A stretch of DNA of 62,158 nt, the filler included. It is 5 parts of 5 records of this genome, joined end to end, with 100 filler letters (N's around TTAATTAATTAA, not from the genome) between each part and the next. Parts side by side here need not be neighbours in the genome. Positions count along the whole stretch, not along the records: positions 53,688 to 62,158 come from DRR378314_689; 4 more parts are not named here. One strand, 5' to 3'. This document shows, piece by piece, positions 55,763 to 62,158 of the stretch. Numbering within the stretch: the stretch's first letter is position 1; every line of letters begins with the position of its first letter. A program made the translations under genes and the position numbers. The notes beneath the pieces were generated by a model, which saw only the letters and a program-made list of their open reading frames with translations, did no database searches and had not been told where the DNA came from.

Positions 55763-58700
55763 ATGCCAGCTTCGTCAAAGGACGTGGAGGCGTATCTGGA
55801 GGAGAAGAACGTTCGGTTCCTTCTCAAAGAGACTCTAAAAGCGATCTGCGTTGAGCAGCCCGAGGACGTCGTTGGCTTCATCCACGGGTTTTTGGACGAA
55901 AACTTTTCCGAGGGTGCCTCAGCAGGCGCATCTAGCCCCGCACAAGCAGCAATGGCGGACGACGACCACGCACCGGAGCTTGGCGAGACCATGGACGAGA
56001 AGGATATGCCGAAGATGCGCGCCCGCGGCAAGCGCGGCGGCAACGTGTACATGGCGACGCCTGATGACAGCTACAAGCCTCCCAAGGTATGTTGCGGTTG
56101 TTTTCTTTCATCGGTAGCGGTCGTTGGGAAGGTTCCTCTCGCGCGTGCTTTGCCACGGCGCGGTGTCTCCGCTCTGGCAGCGGCGCTGGCCGAGGCGCTC
56201 GCGGAGCGCTGGCCGCACGGAGGCGGTCGCCGCCTTTGGTCTTCGTCACCCCCGCGCCGCCCCTGCTGCGTGCTACTTGCTGGCGCGCACGCTGCGCCAT
56301 TCCCTGCACAGATTCCCATCTGCGCCTCCCTTTAGATGATTATAGTACATGGCTTTTGACGTGCTCGTAATGTGAGATATTTTAGCTGTCAGAACCGCGA
56401 AATCGTGCATTGTGGCGCGGAGCGCCGCAGGCGACCGTTGACCTGCTGCTCGGCCGGGACTCGAGCGCCGCTTCTCGCTGCACTGGGGGAATCTGCAGTC
56501 CGTGCTGCGCTGCGGGTCCGGAGTGGACGCAGGCTCTGTATCCCCACGATTATTTGCATTCCCTGACGCTCTGGTCGTATCGGTCGTAATCAATTTGTAG
56601 TTCTTATGATGTGTGGATCTCGTATCAAAAGGTTGTGCGCTGAATTGTGCCGTAATGTGTGCTTATTTCTAGACCGCGTTTGGCGCAGTGTTCGTTGGGG
56701 TGCTCGTACAGCTGCGTCCACAGCTGGCGTTGCGGGCCGGCACGAGATAAAGGGTGGGGTAGATATAGGACCCCTCTATCAAAACGCCAGCGCGGTCACA
56801 GAGTGCGTTCCTGCCGCCGCGGGTCAGCCTGTGCGTTTGGCGTCCTGCCCCGCGCCCGCAGCGCTCGGCCGGGCTCCGCGCAGTGCACCAGCGTGTCAGT
56901 GCAGCGCGTACTTCGACACCGATTTTGCGAGTGCGAATACCGTGTGGGCGATGGGTGTCGGGCAATGTGGATGTATTCTCGTGACCCCTTTTGGTTTCTG
57001 CGGCGCTCCTTGCGCGCGGGCGTGTGAAACTGTAGCTAGCGCCAGACTCGCGAGCATATATGGTGGTCGACAGGGTGCGGTCATTCGCTTGCGCTTACGC
57101 GGCGCTGCGTGCTCCGCACTTGTGCTTCTCTGCGTGGTCAGGCTGTGCCCAAGGCCCCCGAGGTTGCGAAGAGGCTCGAGCGTGTTCTCCGCGAGAATGT
57201 GCTCTTCAGTCACATGGACGAAAGCCAGCGTCGCGTACTGTTCGACGTGCTTCGCGACGTGAAGTACGGCAAGGGCGACGTGATCATTAAGCAAGGTGCG
57301 TGTGCACGCGCGTGCCGCCACGTTGTCCCCGGGCGGCCGCTGCACTGCTCGCGCGCGTCTCCACGCCTGGGGCCTGGGGCCGCGCTGTGCCCACCCGTGC
57401 ACGTATGTTGTATGCGCCACCGGAAGCAAATGTGCCTTGACCGATCTGGCACCGTGTTCTTTTTTTTCGCGGTTGGGGTGGTGCATCCTGCCGTATCGAG
57501 CTCAGGTGACAAGAATGGCCAGGACTTTTACATTGTCGATTCGGGCACATGCGATGTGTACGTTAACGACAAAAAGGTCGGCTCCATCGACCAAGGCGGG
57601 TCGTTCGGCGAGCTTGCTCTCATGTACAACACGCCACGTGCGGCGACGATCAAGGTAAGGCTGAGTGTATGCAGTCCCTTTTGGGCGTATTCCGATCGTT
57701 GCCAGGCGTGCGTGTGCGCACCTGGGAGTTCGCTCTGGGAGGCACGTCTTTCCTTGCGTCTGCTGGAGTGCCTCGGCGGTGGCGAACATCTGCCAGCAGA
57801 TCCTTTCGCTGCGCTTTTGGTTTACAGCGGCAGCGCGGGTTTAATCTCGTAACGCGTCCTCTTCCGCTTCCGCCCACAATACCGCAGGCTTCCAGCGACG
57901 TCATGTGCTTCGCCATCGATCGCGATACGTATCGCCACTTCGTTATCAAGGGCATGAAGGAGAAGCGTGAGAAGTACAGCAACTTCCTGAAGAAGGTTGA
58001 TATTCTCTGTACGTTGGAGCAACGCGCGAGTGCCGTTTTGTTCTCCATTGCTGCCGGCCGGCACAGCAGCCACGATGCTTCGTGTGCGTATGATATGTGC
58101 GATAGGCGGGTATAACACCTAATTTATCGGGTAGGAAGAGGCCGTTAGGATATGTGGCGTTGTAGCGATGGCCATTCATGGGGGAATCGGGGGTTGTAGA
58201 TTGGCGAGGTGGTGCTGTGGTTGTCAACAGCGAAGGCCTGACCGCCGACTCTCGGGTGTTTTGTTTGGGTTTGGGCGTGTACCTGTTCAGCAACGCTGAC
58301 CGACTACGAGGTCTCGACGGTCACTGACGCACTTGAGCCTGTATCGTTCAAAGAAGGGGATACAATTGTTCGTGAAGGCGATCCTGGTGACGACTTTTAC
58401 ATCATCGAAGATGTACGTTGGCGCAGGGATTCCGCTCACATCCGTGTTGTCGGGAGTTTTGTAGGAAGGACGCAGGCAATACCCTTTGTTTTTGTATTAA
58501 TAGCGCAGATTGGTGCACGGTGATCGTGTTCAGACTTTTACGGGCACTTAATGACTCCTTTTTTTTTAATTATCTGCTCTATGCTGCTCTCGTTTCTTGC
58601 GGTTTCGCTTCTGGTCGTGCAGGGCAAAGTATCGGTCAGCAAGGGCAAGGGCAACGACAAGGTCGGCGAACTCTCCAGCGGAGACTACTTTGGCGAGGTT

Positions 58701-59653
58701 CGTACCATAGGGCTCCGTTCCCGCGTACTGGTTTGCGCTCGTTTCATTTGACGCTTAAGATTTGCTATTGCTTCTCAGGTTGTGTTGGTACGGAGCGTGC
58801 AGCGTCGCTGCGTGGGGTGCAGACGAGTAGTGTGGTTCAGCAACGCGCAGCGCCGAGCGACTTTTCTTACTTTGCGCACATTGGAAGTGCTTGCGCGTAC
58901 CCATGGCTCTTGTGGTTTGTTTCAACGGTGCAGCGGCGTGCTGGACACGGCGCAGCATCATGATCGCTTTGTTGATATTTTTCTGTTTTGAGACATAGAG
59001 GCATGCTTCCTTTGTTTTATTTTATATTTTTTGTTGTCGTCGCGTTGATCGCACTCGCACACGCCACTTCTTGGCGAGCTCGAGCGACGTCTGGTATTTC
59101 TTGCCCTGCGGTAGGCGGTATGTTGTTCTGGTGGGGAGTTTTGTCTGATTGCGCGGCTCGACCTGTACGATTTGTTGTTACGGTCCGTGTAGATTGCTTT
59201 ACTGACTGAGAAGCCCCGTGCAGCAACTGTCAAAGCGACCTCTGCGGTGAAGTGCCTCAAGTTGGAGCGCAAAGCGTTCAACCGGTACGTTGTGGAGGTG
59301 CTGCGCATCCCAAGGCGATGTCTCTCGTTCTCCGTGCTTGGCCCTTCTTTCGCCTTCGCAGAGTCACCCCGGCATGTCTCTTTCCTTGCATGAAGTTTGT
59401 TTCTCGCGTTGTAGCGAAGGGGTGCGCTATTAGCAATGGGCATGTGTTTTTTTGTTTGCTTTCCAGTGCACTCGACTGGCTTTGGCTTTAGTCTGGTGGC
59501 GTCTGCGGGAAAGCTGTTGGTGCGCTTGCGCTGTGCTGACGCTTTTGTTTGTGCCGGTGCTTTCCTTTATTTCTTTCATGCAGTGTTCTTGGGCCTGTGC
59601 AGGATCTCCTGAAACGTAATATGGACAAGTACAAGCAGATCCTGTCGAAGTAG
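55763..59653 (+). CDS. cAMP-dependent protein kinase regulatory subunit, 8 exons
   Basis: Exons 55763-56086, 57142-57295, 57506-57654, 57888-58008, 58291-58412, 58623-58697, 59193-59284, 59584-59653, in phase. N-terminal D/D-like domain ([24 protein letters not shown]), CNB-A cassette [20 protein letters not shown] cassette [16 protein letters not shown], and terminal FNRVLGP..LLKRNM..Y. Confidence 0.95.
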
Positions 59654-60524
59654 AGCACGTGAACTTTCGTTTTGAACGGCGGAGCTCGCCGAGATACCCT
59701 GTATCGGGGTCTGTTTGTCGGCAGGCTGCCGCGCGCGCTTATGCTCTATGCTTTCCGACGTGTGAGAGTGCTGGGTTTTGGTGCGCGGAAGTGCAAACCG
59801 CGCTCAACTCTGTGGAGCAATGAAATGCCCGCACTTGCCGTGTGGGATCGTGCTGCAGCGCACTCGGCGTACGCACGGTCGATCCGATGCGCTCAGTTTG
59901 CCTTTGCGTACTGCACCGCGCACCTCGCATAAGCGCCGCCGGAAGCCAGGGCGAGCGGCGCCTCGTTTACACACAAAAGACCCAAACAAGCTTGTGGGCG
60001 TCTTGCTCGTTTCGCGTTGGCACACCGGCCACTGTTCTTCCTCAAATTTTATTTTGCATGTGCACGCGCCTTGGGATTGCAGCCCAGTGTACCGCTGGTG
60101 CCGAGGTGCCAAGGGTGCGCGCTTGGGAGCGGGCGGCGGATCCGTATCGCTGGCCTTGCGAGCGGCGGCGCCCTTTCCCCAAACGCTTTCCCGCTTGTCG
60201 GAGCCGTTGGTGAAGCGAGCCTGGCTGAAGCGTCAGTGCGCTCGCCGGGGCGGCAAACAAATTAGGTTAGCATAGATAGGGGTGTGGATAATTACTCTAC
60301 GTAAGTGAGTTACCATTGACAGACCTAGTGACGAGTCTGCCCCTTGCGGTGTGGGCCGTGCCGTGGCGCCTACGTCGACGCCTATTTCTCGTGTTTTTGC
60401 ACCCGTACACGTTCTCGTGCCGTGTGCTGATCTCCTGCTCGCTACTCTCTCTGAGTCGCTGCTTCTCTCTCGTGTTCGTCTCGTCTTCTGAAATTCTTGA
60501 GAAGTTCTCTTTCCTTTTGCCAAG

Positions 60525-62043
60525 ATGAACCAGGATATGCGTTTCGATAGGTCCAAGTACCGGTGCGTTCTTCGGGGCTGCGGCGGCGCAGGTACTCTCT
60601 GTGGGACGCCCCGGTGCGCGTCTCCGCGAAAGCGCGCTGCCGTGGCTGTACATACAGCTGTACATGGCATGCAGGACCATCTTCGGCATTGGCGCGCGAG
60701 TCCTTGTCCTTATTATGTCCATTTGTGTGCGCTAAAAATTGCCTCTGGAAGTTGGTAGCGCGTCTTTCTGCGCGTGGGCACGGTGCGAGGTTGTGCGTGC
60801 CAGCCGGTGTTGTGTCGCGACTTGCGACTTGCCCTCGTTGGGGAGGCGCCGCGCGCCTTCGCTCGCTGCCTTGCGCGCACGACCAGGTAACTCCGAAGCA
60901 GTGCTTTTGGTGCGGCGTCTTACCTTGGGCACCTTTGGTTGTGCGCTGCTGCGCGAACGATTGATGCTAGTACATTGGGTTGCTGTATGGGGTTTCCTTG
61001 CATTGTGATGCTCCATCGTGCCATAAGCCGCAACGCAACGTTGCGCAGTGCCGCGGGCTTTGCGAGGTGGTCGCAGTCGGCCGCGCGCCGTGCCGTGCGT
61101 GCTTGTTCCGTGCGCCGGCACTCGTATCCAGTTCTCCGCAGTCCCGCCCCCCCCTGGGTTCTCATCCAACCCGCGCACTTTTCCTGTACGGATGCTGTTG
61201 CAATCCAGCCTTGTGGAAAAGCCTCGCGAGGACCGCTCCGCGATCCCCGAAGGCGAAGTTCGCATAACGTCGCAGGGCAAGCTCCGCAACTACATCAGCT
61301 ACGCCATCCAGTGCTTCAACGAGAACAAGCTGGACAAGATCACCCTCAAGGGAATGGGCCAGGCGAGTACGTTGTCGTCTCTCCGTCTCTCCTGTATTAC
61401 TGGGCGGGTAGAATTGCAGATAGGTTTTCTTTATTATCAAATTGTGTCCTGTTACGAGAAAAAAGGCTTATGACCCCCTCGCCCAAAGCGCGACGTTTAT
61501 GCGGAGAAAGGAAGAAAAGTGTGCACGCGCTGCCTTGTCGCAGCGCTCTTCGTTACGAGCACGGCTGTGTGTGTGTTCGTGCGCGGATACTGCTCGCACA
61601 AAAATAGATGCATGTAATTGCAACGATGGATGGTATATTGTCTGCGTGTGTTCTGGTTTACGGAAAGGATTCACATTGCGCTTTGGTCACTCTGCCAGCG
61701 TGGGCCGTCGTTGCGTCGAAGCCGACCTTGACGCGATTTCGCTGTGTCTGTGGCGCGCGTCAACCCCTACGGGGAAGCGCGGTTTTCCGCACGCGCGCAC
61801 CTTCGTGCGCTTGCGGACAATTGCTGATACTTTTGTTGCTCTCGTGATTGTTAATCGTATGCAGTCTCGAAGACCGTCTCTGTTGCCGAGATTGTGAAGC
61901 GCCGCGTGGCTGGTCTTCACCAGCTCACGGACCTCAGCTCGAACGACATCACCTACGAGTGGGAACCCATTGTTGAAGGCCTTGAGAAGCAGACGTCGAC
62001 GCGCAGCATCTCCTCGATCATGATCACGCTCAGCAAGAGCCAG
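60525..62043 (+). CDS. Alba/Rpp25-like nucleic-acid-binding protein, first 3 exons; continues beyond the window
   Basis: Exons 60525-60562, 61209-61366, 61865-62043, in phase: KYRLVEKPR..EVRITSQGKLRNYISYA..LKGMGQAISKTVSVAEIVKRRVAGLHQLT..WEPIVEGLE..ITLSK. Confidence 0.92.
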
Positions 62044-62158
62044 GTACGGAGGGTGCAGGAAACGACTTCTCTGAGGGTGGTGTGTGTGTGTGTGGGGGGG
62101 CGCGAGTTGCGGGAAAGTGCGAGGCTCGTTCGGTTGCCGTTTGTGGAGCTTGGCAGCG

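Noticed and set aside
1..62158. Alternative genetic code or non-canonical introns in the eukaryote
   Set aside because: All well-supported genes splice with GT-AG and end in TAA, TAG or TGA with no in-frame stops.
1..62158. CRISPR array, retron, or anti-phage defence operon
   Set aside because: No regularly spaced repeats, reverse transcriptase, cyclase, or other defence-type effector genes were recognised.

Overview
The window is not one locus. It is five assembly contigs joined by artificial N-run/TTAATTAATTAA/N-run spacers (16270-16369, 30240-30339, 44621-44720, 53588-53687). Four contigs (1-16269, 16370-30239, 44721-53587, 53688-62158) come from an intron-rich eukaryote, probably a protist, using the standard genetic code and GT-AG introns with a strong GTRCG donor. 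By hand-splicing I recovered MBF1, a BAT2/PRRC2-like protein, a myotubularin (5' part), a membrane-anchored U-box-like protein, a DHHC-family palmitoyltransferase with a DHFC motif, WDR46/Utp7, molybdenum-cofactor sulfurase, a PKA regulatory subunit, an Alba/Rpp25-like protein and a few weaker partial genes. The ORF track misses or fragments most of these. The middle contig (30340-44620) is an intronless, GC-rich gammaproteobacterial chromosome segment (Alcanivorax/Marinobacter/Pseudomonas-like, by my recognition of the genes). It carries the tRNA-Asp 3' end, an acidic micro-ORF, a heptamer inverted repeat, an unknown coiled-coil/Cys protein, a tandem cNMP-rhodanese protein, nadK, yeaC, pepN, pyrD, rmf, rlmKL, a glutaredoxin-like gene, a DUF6482-like gene, tatD, DUF1499, lexA with an SOS box, a second cNMP-binding protein and a REP-like element. 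No CRISPR array, intact transposase or recognisable defence system was seen. The best novelty candidates are the bacterial cNMP-rhodanese module, the lexA-DUF1499-tatD operon, the coordinated loss of one zinc site in the DHHC enzyme, and the +4C splice-donor bias. All family calls are from motif recognition, not database searches.
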